Source: an uncultured Gemmatimonadota bacterium
GTDB taxonomy: Bacteria > Gemmatimonadota > CAZMKB01 > CAZNLH01
Reading direction: 5' to 3'
NCBI GenBank assembly: GCA_964577985.1
Contig: CAZOAR010000007.1
Coordinates: forward strand, 659-64,658
Length of the DNA stretch: 64,000 nucleotides
Numbering within the stretch: the first letter of the stretch is position 1; each line of letters starts with the position of its first letter. Both the position numbers and the translations under genes were made by a program. Shown piece after piece: positions 39,635 through 49,177 of this stretch. The notes beneath the pieces are model-generated. The model was given only the letters and a program-made list of their open reading frames with translations. It was not told the origin of the DNA and ran no database searches.

Positions 39635-40864
39635 CTATTTCAACCATCTGAAAGGCAGCACGTCGCCCGGTTTCAGTGTACGAGTCCCTATCGGCGAGAC
39701 CGCGAGCCCATTTGCCTTGCACGCCATACCCATCATCGCGGAACCCTGAGGGCGGATGATGTGAATTCGATAATCATCACCGTCACGCGAGACCCGGCAG
39801 AAGAGGTACTGCTGCCTCTCCTCCGGGGTAACGTAGTCGTTCTCGACGATACCTGAGAGGTGATAGGCGGGATGCTCCGGTCTATATCCCCGCAATTTCT
39901 CAATGGCCGGCCTGACAAATTCCTCCACGCATATCATGACGGATACCGGATTGCCGGGAAGCCCGAACACCGGCTTATCACTCCCCTCGTTCCCCGGGAA
40001 GAGCCCAAAGAGTAGTGGCTTCCCCGGTTTTATCGCAACCCTCCAGAAGACCTCCTCAAAACCGAGTTCTTCGAGGACGACCCGCGTGTAATCGAAATCT
40101 CCGACCGAGACACCACCGGAGATAATGAGCATGTCAAGCTTCGGCAGGGCACGGCCGAGCGTAGTTTTCATCTCCTCGGGATCATCACAACCGATCCCGA
40201 GGTCCAGGACTTCCACTCCCCACCTGGCCAGTGCGCTCACCAACGCGGGTCCGTTCGAGTTCCGGATCTTTCCGGGCGTAAGCCGCCGGCGAAAATCGAC
40301 GAGTTCATCGCCGGTCGCGAGGAGAGCCACACGGGGCTTTCCGACGACCGAAACACCGGCGATTCCCTCCGCCGCGAGAACCGCCAGTTCGTACGGCCTG
40401 ATTCGAGTGCCCGCATCGAGCAGGAGATCGCCCGAGTGAACATCCTCACCTTTTCCGCGGATGTTGTCGCCCTCGCGGGAAGTACGGAAAATATCCACCC
40501 ACTCGTCTCCCTTCGAACGCGTCACCTCCCTGATGACTACCGAATCCGCCCCCGCGGGAAGCGGCGAACCCGTCATGATCTTTATCGCCATGCCCCCGGC
40601 AAGCTCAGTAATGGCCATATCTCCGGCCCTGACGACCCCCTGGATATCGAGCCGCACGGGCGACTCCCGAGAAGCTCCGGCCGTGTCAGCGGCCCGGACA
40701 GCGAAGCCGTCCATCGCAGAATTGTGAAACGGCGGCAGATCTTCCGTTGCATAAATATCCGATGCGATGATCCTTCCCGGGGATTCCTCCAGCGATATAT
40801 CTTCAGGAGGAAGCGCCTCGATGTTGTCGAGAATCATCTCGAGGGCAAGGTCGGGCGATATCAT
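39635..40864 (-). CDS. moeA: Molybdopterin molybdotransferase
   Basis: PPFHNSAMDGFA, IMTGSPLP, ATGDEL, SGGVSVGDFD, KPGKP, GLPGNPVS. Confidence 0.95.
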   Translation of the reverse strand: MISPDLALEMILDNIEALPPEDISLEESPGRIIASDIYATEDLPPFHNSAMDGFAVRAADTAGASRESPVRLDIQGVVRAGDMAITELAGGMAIKIMTGSPLPAGADSVVIREVTRSKGDEWVDIFRTSREGDNIRGKGEDVHSGDLLLDAGTRIRPYELAVLAAEGIAGVSVVGKPRVALLATGDELVDFRRRLTPGKIRNSNGPALVSALARWGVEVLDLGIGCDDPEEMKTTLGRALPKLDMLIISGGVSVGDFDYTRVVLEELGFEEVFWRVAIKPGKPLLFGLFPGNEGSDKPVFGLPGNPVSVMICVEEFVRPAIEKLRGYRPEHPAYHLSGIVENDYVTPEERQQYLFCRVSRDGDDYRIHIIRPQGSAMMGMACKANGLAVSPIGTRTLKPGDVLPFRWLK

Positions 40865-40946
40865 TCTTCCTCAGTATCTCCTCATATGGCGCTCCTTGAC
40901 AGGCGCAGGAATGATGCGAATTCCAGGCGTTCTCCAACTGTCTGCA

Positions 40947-41189
40947 CTATCCTCCACTCAGAGGAGGGAGGAACGCGACCTCGTCTCCATCCCGCACAAC
41001 GAAGTCAAGGGCCACTATCTCGCTGTTCACGGCTACGTTAAGGAGGTCCAGGTGCTCCGTTATCGGGGAAAGTTCAGGAGTGGACTCTATCAACCGGGTC
41101 AGAGACATCTCTTGACCGACGCTGATTTCGATCTCCTTCCTCTTCATCCAGTCAGAGCAGCGAGCAAAAAACAGAACCTTCACAGCCAT
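40947..41189 (-). CDS. moaD: Molybdopterin synthase sulfur carrier
   Basis: VKVLFFA, AVNSE, GDEVAFLPPLSGG C-terminal diglycine. Confidence 0.9.
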   Translation of the reverse strand: MAVKVLFFARCSDWMKRKEIEISVGQEMSLTRLIESTPELSPITEHLDLLNVAVNSEIVALDFVVRDGDEVAFLPPLSGG

Positions 41190-41280
41190 CGTGTCTGCCT
41201 CTCTTCTCCCTTCGGCCCGGCTATCTGGCGTCGCCGCGAGATTCCGGTCCATGACTGGCCGGGATCGGCCGCAGGTTTCA

Positions 41281-41309
41281 AACATATGGAACGCCGTCAT
41301 GCAAGTCAA
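41281..41309 (-). promoter_or_regulatory. Putative sigma70 promoter of moaD-moeA-transporter
   Basis: TTGACT-17 nt-TATGTT. Confidence 0.65.
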
Positions 41310-41488
41310 GAGCCTCTCTCGATGCTTCCACAGGGAGGAATCTGTCTCTTCTCATCTCGAGCAAAAAAAATGTTTCCCAAATCACCGACAATCTCTTATT
41401 ATTTATATGCTGGATCTATTTGAGAGCTGAACGATATCAATCTTTTCTTTGCGAACAAGTGCCGTCAACCATATTGTGACGAACATGG

Positions 41489-41499
41489 GAAAGGAGGTG
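41489..41499 (+). promoter_or_regulatory. Orphan Shine-Dalgarno GAAAGGAGGTG in the 5' leader
   Basis: Same 11-mer and same 82-nt distance to ATG as at 13752-13762. Confidence 0.5.
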
Positions 41500-41570
41500 C
41501 TCGCTCTCGCTGTTTGTCTGATGATCTATCGGGTGAGTAGACACGGTAACCATGTTGAAAGGAGTGCAGG

Positions 41571-41804
41571 ATGATCAGGACAATCACTGCGTTGATGATT
41601 GCGGTGGCCATGAGCTTCGCGTTGTTCGGCTGCGGAGGAGGAAAACCCGCTGCAACCCAGAAGAAAGCCGAAAACACGGTAACCACTCCAGCGGAGACGG
41701 AAGCCGTGACAGAAGAGGCTGCGCCTGAGGAGGCAGCGCCTGCAGAGGAGGGTGCGGAGCATCCCGGTTCCGCTATGAAGACAGAGGGTTCTGAGGCCAA
41801 ATAG
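41571..41804 (+). CDS. Small low-complexity lipoprotein
   Basis: Lipobox ALFG-C, Ala/Glu/Pro/Thr-rich tail, SD AAAGGAG. Confidence 0.75.
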   Translation: MIRTITALMIAVAMSFALFGCGGGKPAATQKKAENTVTTPAETEAVTEEAAPEEAAPAEEGAEHPGSAMKTEGSEAK

Positions 41805-41905
41805 CCTTTCCCGCTGGAAAAACTTTATCGCCTCTTGGAACAGACAGGATTCTTGTTCTGAATCTGCGAAGTTCTCAAACGTTATTCAGGTGGGGGCTGT
41901 CGGGA

Positions 41906-43294
41906 GTGATCCTCGTCGGCCTCCACCTTGCTGTTGTTGTCCTGTCGCCGCGCCTCGGCTACGGCAGCGCGTATCTCAGTGGGTCCATCTTCACGCTCAC
42001 AGGAATTGTGATCCTCTCGGGCCTGATCTATCTTCATGCCGTCCTCACGCCGTCCGCCGGGCCTCTTCAGAGAGCACTATTCGCCTGGGTGCTGATCGTC
42101 GGCGCAGCCCTGCGTATCAGCATGTTTTTCTCGACCCCGATGCTGGAGGACGACTACTACCGCTACCTGTGGGATGGTGGCGTAACGGCAGGCGCGCTGA
42201 ACCCGTTTGCCTGGTCTCCAGATGAAGTCCGGGACGAAAGCGACGACGCAGAACAGATTCCCGAATCGCTGCGCATACTCGCCGATGAGTCTGGCTCGAC
42301 GATAAAGCGAATCAACCATCCACACCTGCGCACGATCTACCCACCCGTCGCGCAGGCCGTCTTCGCGATGGCTCACATGGCAGGCCCCTGGAGCCTCCTC
42401 TCGTGGCGACTCACGCTTCTCTTCTTCGACGCCATTACGCTCTGGTTGATAATCGTAATTCTTCGAAGGCTCCACCTGCCGCTGATCTCGATAGCCGTCT
42501 ACTGGTGGAATCCTCTTCTTATGAAGGAGGTGTTCAACTCCGGACACATGGACCTGCTCGTTCTCCCCTTTCTGCTTGGCGCGATCCTGCTCGAGGCAAC
42601 AGATCGTCATATCCCGGCCTTCATCGCACTCGCGCTTGCGACAGGGGTCAAGTTGTGGCCTGTGATCCTGCTTCCGCTCTTTCTCAGATCCGCCGCGAGG
42701 CACCCCGGGCGACGGACGGGCGCTTTACTGTCGTTCGTCGTACTCGCCGCCCTGATGAGCCTGCCTGTCCTGAGGGCTGGTCTGGGGACAACATCCGGTT
42801 TCACCGCCTATGGAGAGCAGTGGGAGATGAACGACGCGCTTTTCATGGTATTTCAGTGGAGCCTCGATGCGGCTTTGAATCTCACGGGGATCTTCGCGGG
42901 CGCAGCCGGTACAGGTGCACGTCTGCTGGCCTTTCTGGTCCTTGCGGGTTGGACCTGGAGAGTCACCTTCAGGAGCGGTTCTCTCGATCTTTCTGCCCTG
43001 TGCAGGAGATCGCTTCTCATAACAGCGGCGCTCTTTCTGCTCAGCCCGACGCAGTTTCCCTGGTACTATCTGTGGCTGCTGCCGTTTCTGGCGATTCAAC
43101 CGCGAGGCTCGCTCCTGCTCCTGACGGCATTGCTGCCACTCTACTACCTGAGATTCTATTTTAAGGCGGTTGGAGACGTTGGCACCTTCGACAACGGGAT
43201 CGTCTGGTTGGAGTATGCCCCCGTCTGGCTTCTCCTCGCCCGAGAGTGGTACATGGGGCGGTCTGAATCCATTCAGGCGAGCGCTGTTGTGTAA
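41906..43294 (+). CDS. GT-C fold polytopic glycosyltransferase (GT87/DUF2029-like)
   Basis: EDDYYRYLWDG loop, TIYPPVAQ, WWNPL, GHMD, PWYYLW; many TMs. Confidence 0.8.
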   Translation: MILVGLHLAVVVLSPRLGYGSAYLSGSIFTLTGIVILSGLIYLHAVLTPSAGPLQRALFAWVLIVGAALRISMFFSTPMLEDDYYRYLWDGGVTAGALNPFAWSPDEVRDESDDAEQIPESLRILADESGSTIKRINHPHLRTIYPPVAQAVFAMAHMAGPWSLLSWRLTLLFFDAITLWLIIVILRRLHLPLISIAVYWWNPLLMKEVFNSGHMDLLVLPFLLGAILLEATDRHIPAFIALALATGVKLWPVILLPLFLRSAARHPGRRTGALLSFVVLAALMSLPVLRAGLGTTSGFTAYGEQWEMNDALFMVFQWSLDAALNLTGIFAGAAGTGARLLAFLVLAGWTWRVTFRSGSLDLSALCRRSLLITAALFLLSPTQFPWYYLWLLPFLAIQPRGSLLLLTALLPLYYLRFYFKAVGDVGTFDNGIVWLEYAPVWLLLAREWYMGRSESIQASAVV

Positions 43295-43295
43295 T

Positions 43296-44000
43296 ATGAG
43301 AGATAACGCCTCGATATCAGTGATCATGCCCGCCCTGAACGAAGAGGATGCCGTCGGGAAAGTACTCGCCGATATCCCGGGGTGGGTGGACGACATAGTA
43401 GTTGTCGATAACGGCTCCACCGACGGGACCGCAGAAGTTGCCCTCTCCGGTGGGGCGCGTCTTGTGGAGGAAAAAAAGAGAGGATATGGCGCGGCATGCC
43501 TGGCGGGAATCGCGGCGCTCGAGGAGTGCGATGTTGTCGTCTTTCTCGACGCAGATTTCAGCGACCATCCCGAGGAAATGGCTCTGCTGGTAGATCCCAT
43601 AGTGAGAGGGCGCGCCGATTTCGTCATCGGCTCGAGAACCTCAGGCATGACAGACCCCGGAGCGCTGCACATCCCGGCGCGGCTCGGCAACTGGCTGGCG
43701 TGCAACCTGATCAACATCTTCTGGCGTTTCAGATACACCGACCTGGGGCCGTTTCGGGCAATCCGCTCCCGTTCGCTGGAGGAGTTGCGGATGCGGGACG
43801 AGGGCTACGGGTGGACGGTGGAAATGCAGATCAAGGCAGTAAGAGGCAACCTCAGGATTGAAGAGGTCCCCGTCGGCTATCGCAGGCGAATCGGCAGATC
43901 TAAGATATCAGGCACATTGCGGGGCATGATCGGGGCGGGTTCAAAGATCCTGTGGACCATCTTCTCCGAGGCGATGACACCCGGTCAGCGGTCTGGGTGA
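43296..44000 (+). CDS. GT2 polyprenol-phosphate glycosyltransferase-like
   Basis: VIMPALNEE, VDNGSTD, RGYGAAC, FLDADFSD, YTDLGPFR, GWTVEMQ. Confidence 0.88.
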   Translation: MRDNASISVIMPALNEEDAVGKVLADIPGWVDDIVVVDNGSTDGTAEVALSGGARLVEEKKRGYGAACLAGIAALEECDVVVFLDADFSDHPEEMALLVDPIVRGRADFVIGSRTSGMTDPGALHIPARLGNWLACNLINIFWRFRYTDLGPFRAIRSRSLEELRMRDEGYGWTVEMQIKAVRGNLRIEEVPVGYRRRIGRSKISGTLRGMIGAGSKILWTIFSEAMTPGQRSG

Positions 44001-44200
44001 TGCAGGAGCACAGATGCGCCGCGACACACCCGGAGCGGAAGGCCACATGAATCTGACCGGTGTGATGGAATTCACCCGCCGCATTTATTATATTCCGTAA
44101 AACCACATACCGTTTGCGTCTTGCTGACCCCGCATCAGGGGAAGCAGGTGAGCCCGGGAGCTCCTGAGAGATTCTTCAATCGAAAAGACCGGTCGGCACA

Positions 44201-44908
44201 ATGGAACATTTGTCGCAGAATTCAAGCATTTCCGTAATCCTCCCCGCCTACAATGAGGAAGGCAATATAGCCAGGGCCGTTGATCACGCGCGAGCGGTCC
44301 TGCTCGACCTCGGGCTTGAATATGAGATCTTGGTTGTAGACGACGGAAGCACCGACGCCACGGCGGAACTGGTGAGGGATTTGATCCCCACGCACTCATC
44401 ATCCCTGCGTCTGCTGGAACACGAAGAAAACCGTGGTTATGGCGCCGCCCTCAAATCGGGCCTGAGAGAGGCAAAAGGGTCCCTCCTTTTCTTCACGGAC
44501 TCTGACAGACAATTCGATGTCTCCGAGCTTGCAAGGCTGCTCGAGTGGATCGACACCTATACGATCGTTATCGGATACAGGAAAGACCGGCAGGACCATT
44601 TCTTCAGGAGAGCCATGGCCTGGGGCTGGGGCGTGCTCATTCGGTTCCTTTTCGATCTACAGGTGAGAGACATAGATTGTGCCTTCAAGCTCTTCCGACG
44701 CGAGGTGTTTGACGAGATATCCATCGACTCGATCGGCGCGTTCGTCAACAGTGAGATTCTCATCCGGGCCAAGAAGAAAGGGTTTACCATCAAGGAGGTC
44801 CCTGTGTCTCATTTTCCTCGGGAACTGGGAGTCCCGAGCGGCGCCAAGCCGAGGATAATCGGCCGGGCTTTCAGGGAGTTGTTGAAACTCTACAGGGAAC
44901 TCAAATAA
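44201..44908 (+). CDS. GT2 polyprenol-phosphate glycosyltransferase (DPM1/ArnC-like)
   Basis: LPAYNEE, VDDGSTD, NRGYGAA, FTDSDRQ, DIDCAFKLFR. Confidence 0.9.
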   Translation: MEHLSQNSSISVILPAYNEEGNIARAVDHARAVLLDLGLEYEILVVDDGSTDATAELVRDLIPTHSSSLRLLEHEENRGYGAALKSGLREAKGSLLFFTDSDRQFDVSELARLLEWIDTYTIVIGYRKDRQDHFFRRAMAWGWGVLIRFLFDLQVRDIDCAFKLFRREVFDEISIDSIGAFVNSEILIRAKKKGFTIKEVPVSHFPRELGVPSGAKPRIIGRAFRELLKLYRELK

Positions 44909-44921
44909 CGGTCGAGGGATT

Positions 44922-46091
44922 GTGAAGATGAAAGGGGACAAACGTGTCACGGGGATCGTCGCAGCGTGCCCCTTCCCGAGCAGTCAGGGATCACAGGTCC
45001 TGATACGTCAACTGGCCAGCGCGCTATCACGCAGGGGGGAATCTGTCCATATTATCACCTACCCGTTCGGAGATCTTCCTCCAGACCCTGGCTACACACT
45101 CCACAGGGCGCGTTCCCCTGTCCGGAACACCAAACTCGACCCCGGCCCGTCGTTTGCCAAACCGCTCCTGGATCTTACGCTGCTGCTGAAGGTTATCTCT
45201 ATCATTGAGCGAGAGAGAATAACCGTCATTCATGGCCACAACTACGAGGGAATCCTGGTCGCGTGGATGGCCGGCAGGTGGCTCGGCGTACCTGTGGTCT
45301 ACCACTGCCACACACTCATGGCCGACGAGCTCCCAACCTACGCGAGTGGCAGCGCGATTCGAAGCGCCTCCCGTCTCTTCGGCTCCCTGGTCGACTCGAT
45401 CACGTCAAGGATCCCGGACCATGTCATCGCGGTCTCAGAAGAGATTGTGGCGAAGATATCGGCCGCGAGAAGAAAAACGGGTGGGGTCACATATCTTCCT
45501 CCGGGGGTCGACCCGGAGGAGTGGAACGGCTTCAAGAAAGAGGAGAAAAAGGTGTCGGGTGGACCAAAGATCGTCTACGCCGGCAATCTCGCGGCATTTC
45601 AGAACATCCCGCATCTTCTCGACGCCCTTCGGATGGTTCGTGATGAATTTCCGACTGTCCTCCTCGAGATCATCACTCCTTCAGACCCGGCAAAGGTGCT
45701 CGATCTCGCTCGATCCATGGGGGTGGACACGAACATCTCCACGGTCGTGGAGAACAGGTTCCAGAAGATCGCACCCCGGCTCATGGGGGCTGATCTTGCC
45801 TGCTCGGCCAGGACAATCCGATCCGGCTTTCCGATAAAGCACCTCAACTACATGGCGGCGGGGCTGCCGACGGTCTGTTACAGAAGCGCGGCAAAAGGGG
45901 TCGTTAACGGTGAAACGGGCCTCGTCGTGGAAGATAACGATGTCAGGGCGTTGAGCGATTCCATTCTCTGCCTGTTGAAGGAGATGGAACTGTGCCGCAG
46001 GATGGGGAAAAACGCGCGTGAAACCGCCTTCCGTGACTACGCATGGGATGACCTTGCGGCCAGGGTGCAGGAAATCCATCGTTTTCTTTAG
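44922..46091 (+). CDS. Glycosyltransferase family 4
   Basis: IHGHNYEG, LPPGVD, YAGNL, GFPIKHLNYMAAGLP, GETGLVV. Confidence 0.88.
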   Translation: MKMKGDKRVTGIVAACPFPSSQGSQVLIRQLASALSRRGESVHIITYPFGDLPPDPGYTLHRARSPVRNTKLDPGPSFAKPLLDLTLLLKVISIIERERITVIHGHNYEGILVAWMAGRWLGVPVVYHCHTLMADELPTYASGSAIRSASRLFGSLVDSITSRIPDHVIAVSEEIVAKISAARRKTGGVTYLPPGVDPEEWNGFKKEEKKVSGGPKIVYAGNLAAFQNIPHLLDALRMVRDEFPTVLLEIITPSDPAKVLDLARSMGVDTNISTVVENRFQKIAPRLMGADLACSARTIRSGFPIKHLNYMAAGLPTVCYRSAAKGVVNGETGLVVEDNDVRALSDSILCLLKEMELCRRMGKNARETAFRDYAWDDLAARVQEIHRFL

Positions 46092-47245
46092 TCGGCCTCG
46101 GGCTTCTCCAGAGAAGTGGCGACGAGTCCCCGGGTCCCGAAGCGGGTCATGATGACAGCCCCGAAACCTATCGTCATGGCGAGATAGCCAACCAGTCCAC
46201 CCGTAAACCCCAGGGCGACCTTGACCGGCCACAAGATGCCACCCGTGAGACCAACGACGGCCGCCAGGATATCGAAAATCAGGAGTGTGATAATGCCGAT
46301 CGCCAGCGTTTTCTGCTCGGAAGATATCGGACCGGACAGCCTGCAGCTCACAAAGTTCCCCGCGAACATGGCTACGCCCAGGTATCCTAGAAAAGCTGCG
46401 GCAAAAACACCGAGCAGGCACAGGGGGATGATGAGAAAAAGGAGTGGGATGCCGATGATACTGACGCAGAGAACGATTGAGATCACCAGCAGCAGCGGCA
46501 GAAGCATTATCTCTCCAAGAAGCCCGACCACCCCGTTCTTGACCAGATTACGGTCAACGGCCTCCGATACACGCCTGAGGGGTTTAGGAAAGAAGAAAAG
46601 AGCCCCTGCGCCAAAAAGGAGAAGGAGCCCGAGACATATGATGCCCGCAAAGACGCTGACGCCCCGGTCGATAAATCCTCCGAAACTCTGGAGGCCGATG
46701 AATGGGCCTATCGTAACGCCGAAAGGGAATTTCCCGAAACCGACCTCCTGATCGCCGATCTTGGCGCCCGGTCGCTTGTCTATCTCCCCGCCGAAGCATA
46801 CAGCGGAGCCCCTGATATCTGCCGTCTCCTCGGCAATGAGATCTCCACCGAACACGACAACATCTTCCGTCACAACGCCCGCTATGGTCGCACTTCCTCC
46901 AAAAACGACCACGCTGCCGGAGATCTTCTCGTCCTCCTCCACGACCACGTCATCTCCGAACTTTACCAGTTCATTCCTCTTCCTGGTTGTACCAGCGTCC
47001 TTCTCCCAATCTTCGCTGTCGTCTATGATCGTGACGTTGAGCTCGCCCAGCCTTCGGATGTTCTCCTCGAGATCGTCCAGGTCAACCGTATCACCATCTA
47101 TTATGGCGTGACTCTGGGTGATGATTATCTTTGTCGCGCCCTTTTCCCCTTTTCCGCCATCGCCGAAAGCGATACTCCCGGCCGCAAAGGAGACAAGAGT
47201 CATCACACCAAATCCTATTATCGCACCTGTTAATTTCCTGCCCAT
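46088..47245 (-). CDS. Membrane protein with bactofilin-like beta-helix repeats and C-terminal TM bundle
   Basis: Repeated VVVFGG(S/D) units followed by 4-5 TMs incl. SIIGIPL. Confidence 0.7.
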   Translation of the reverse strand: MGRKLTGAIIGFGVMTLVSFAAGSIAFGDGGKGEKGATKIIITQSHAIIDGDTVDLDDLEENIRRLGELNVTIIDDSEDWEKDAGTTRKRNELVKFGDDVVVEEDEKISGSVVVFGGSATIAGVVTEDVVVFGGDLIAEETADIRGSAVCFGGEIDKRPGAKIGDQEVGFGKFPFGVTIGPFIGLQSFGGFIDRGVSVFAGIICLGLLLLFGAGALFFFPKPLRRVSEAVDRNLVKNGVVGLLGEIMLLPLLLVISIVLCVSIIGIPLLFLIIPLCLLGVFAAAFLGYLGVAMFAGNFVSCRLSGPISSEQKTLAIGIITLLIFDILAAVVGLTGGILWPVKVALGFTGGLVGYLAMTIGFGAVIMTRFGTRGLVATSLEKPEAD

Positions 47246-47296
47246 CTATCCTCCTGGCCTTATCCCTCGTTATTCACCGGACTTCGCTCCCCCGGC

Positions 47297-48004
47297 TCAG
47301 CATAAATGCATTGTCCTCGTCAATCCCGCGCCGCGACCCGATGGGCCGCTCAAGCCCGGTTTCAACAACCTTGCCATTATTACGGTCGAGACAACCTCAA
47401 TCATCGTGAGAACCGTTAGCATCAGCGCGAAGAAGGGATCCGACACCGTTGTGAACGTCGCGTTGAGAAATATCCTGCCGACGAGGAGCAGCGAACTGAC
47501 AATCCGCAGGTCTACCATGGCGGTCACCATCTCCACAACTCCTTTGACAGGACTCACACCGAGCCATTCCATCTCCCGCACGGCGCCCATAAATCCCCCT
47601 GTCATGATGGAGACAATCCTCCCGGATCCGTTGATTACCAGAAAAAGAGAAAGAGCGGACAGGGCCGTCAGTGACAAGCCATATGCCAGTCCCGGCCTGC
47701 CCCCGAACACTGCCCGCCACACTGGGACGTGCTCCTCTGCCGGGAACTTCAACTCGTTCAGGACAAGAGAGTTGAAGTCGGCGGACGGTTCTTCCAGCGG
47801 CATCCCGTCAAGCCCCGAGAAGAGGAGGGCAAGAACCTCCATCTCGGTCCTGCACGCGCTGCAACCCTCAAGATGGCGCTCCAGGGCCCGCTTTTCTCCC
47901 TCGGGAAGCGCTTCGTCAAGATACAACTGAATCGCCTCTTCGAATCTTCCGCAGATCTCTTTCACTCCAACTAATCCCTTCAGCACTCCACTTGCTTCAT
48001 GCAA
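47297..48004 (-). CDS. Zinc-binding anti-sigma factor (zf-HC2) with TM segments
   Basis: C..F..AIQLYLD and HLEGCSAC (Hx3Cx2C); hydrophobic C-terminal half. Confidence 0.85.
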   Translation of the reverse strand: MHEASGVLKGLVGVKEICGRFEEAIQLYLDEALPEGEKRALERHLEGCSACRTEMEVLALLFSGLDGMPLEEPSADFNSLVLNELKFPAEEHVPVWRAVFGGRPGLAYGLSLTALSALSLFLVINGSGRIVSIMTGGFMGAVREMEWLGVSPVKGVVEMVTAMVDLRIVSSLLLVGRIFLNATFTTVSDPFFALMLTVLTMIEVVSTVIMARLLKPGLSGPSGRGAGLTRTMHLC

Positions 48005-48006
48005 GT

Positions 48007-49077
48007 CTATTTCCTGTCTCCCCTTATCTCCACATCACCACTTACGGTGTCGATCGACAGTCCCACCTTCCCCTCCCCCGTGACGGCCCTCATGGAGGAG
48101 TTCGATATCTCTATTATCTTCAACCCTTCGATCTCGGTTTTCAACTCGCCGGAAACACTCTCCAGGTCTATGGCAAGATCGGTCTCAGCGGGAATACGCA
48201 ACCCTGCATCGCCACTGATGGAACTGATTTCGCTTTCCCGTACAGGCCCATCATCGAAGGAGACCTCTATGTCGCCGCTGATATTGTCGATGGAAAGCCC
48301 TTTCGTGATGCCCTCCAGGCTGATGTCGCCCGAGATGAGGTCGAGCGTAACATATCCCTTGATCGCCTCCCCGGTTACGTCACTGCTCGTTCCGTCTACA
48401 TCCACATTCCCCCCTATCCCCAGCAGCGAAACATGGCCGCTCGTATTGTCGACACGAACATTGCCCCCACACACCTTCACGACAACTTCGCCGCTCGTAT
48501 TGTCGACGGTGACATCGCCGGCTACACGTTTCAAATCCACACTGCCACTCGTCCCATCCACACTCACGTCTCCTCCAAGCGAATCGCCAGTCACTCCTCC
48601 GCTGGTCACATCCAGCGATACGTCCCCTGCGACATTGCCGATATCCACCCCCGAGGAAGTCGCGTCAACGGTGACATCGAGACCGGCTGGAAGAGAGATG
48701 TCAAAATCCACCCAGCTGTCTTGATCGTCATCGTTATTCTCGAAGATACAAGAGAAGAAACCATCCTTTCCCGGAAATCTGGCGACGACATCCAACCTGT
48801 CACCATGCCGCTTCATCTCCACGGTCAACTTCTCGAGTGCCTTTTTCGCCTCCTCTTCCTCTCCCCGGGCGTTCTTCACCGCCTTCACGCTAACCCGGTT
48901 CCCTTCGATTCCGGTTATTCTTATATTCCCCGACAGCGTCTCAACGTGAAACGTCTGCCCACCCGCAAAATCCTCTTCAAACTCCAGGGTCTCACTGTAT
49001 ACATCGGCTCGCATCAGACCGGGCAGACTCGTCAGGGCGATGGTCAGTATGGCGGGCAGGAACCTGTTAAAGATCAT
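48007..49077 (-). CDS. DUF4097 beta-strand-repeat protein
   Basis: Signal peptide; about 19-aa repeats (T/I)SG(D/S/H)V; SD AAGGAG before MIFNR. Confidence 0.85.
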   Translation of the reverse strand: MIFNRFLPAILTIALTSLPGLMRADVYSETLEFEEDFAGGQTFHVETLSGNIRITGIEGNRVSVKAVKNARGEEEEAKKALEKLTVEMKRHGDRLDVVARFPGKDGFFSCIFENNDDDQDSWVDFDISLPAGLDVTVDATSSGVDIGNVAGDVSLDVTSGGVTGDSLGGDVSVDGTSGSVDLKRVAGDVTVDNTSGEVVVKVCGGNVRVDNTSGHVSLLGIGGNVDVDGTSSDVTGEAIKGYVTLDLISGDISLEGITKGLSIDNISGDIEVSFDDGPVRESEISSISGDAGLRIPAETDLAIDLESVSGELKTEIEGLKIIEISNSSMRAVTGEGKVGLSIDTVSGDVEIRGDRK

Positions 49078-49145
49078 CCTGTTCTCCTTGATATTCACCC
49101 GGTATGTATAACCGGGAATGTCTGTTCGATCAACTCTCTTATAAG

Positions 49146-49172
49146 AACGAGAATGCCGCAGGAAAGGTTTCA
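49146..49172 (-). promoter_or_regulatory. Putative ECF-sigma promoter
   Basis: TGAAAC-17 nt-CGTT immediately after the sigma gene stop. Confidence 0.55.
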
Positions 49173-49177
49173 ACAAT

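Noticed and set aside
41190-41275. Structured moaD leader as a Moco/Wco riboswitch
   Set aside because: A CCCGGC/GCCGGG stem exists, but the conserved Moco-motif segments are not visible; an Infernal scan with the Rfam model would settle it
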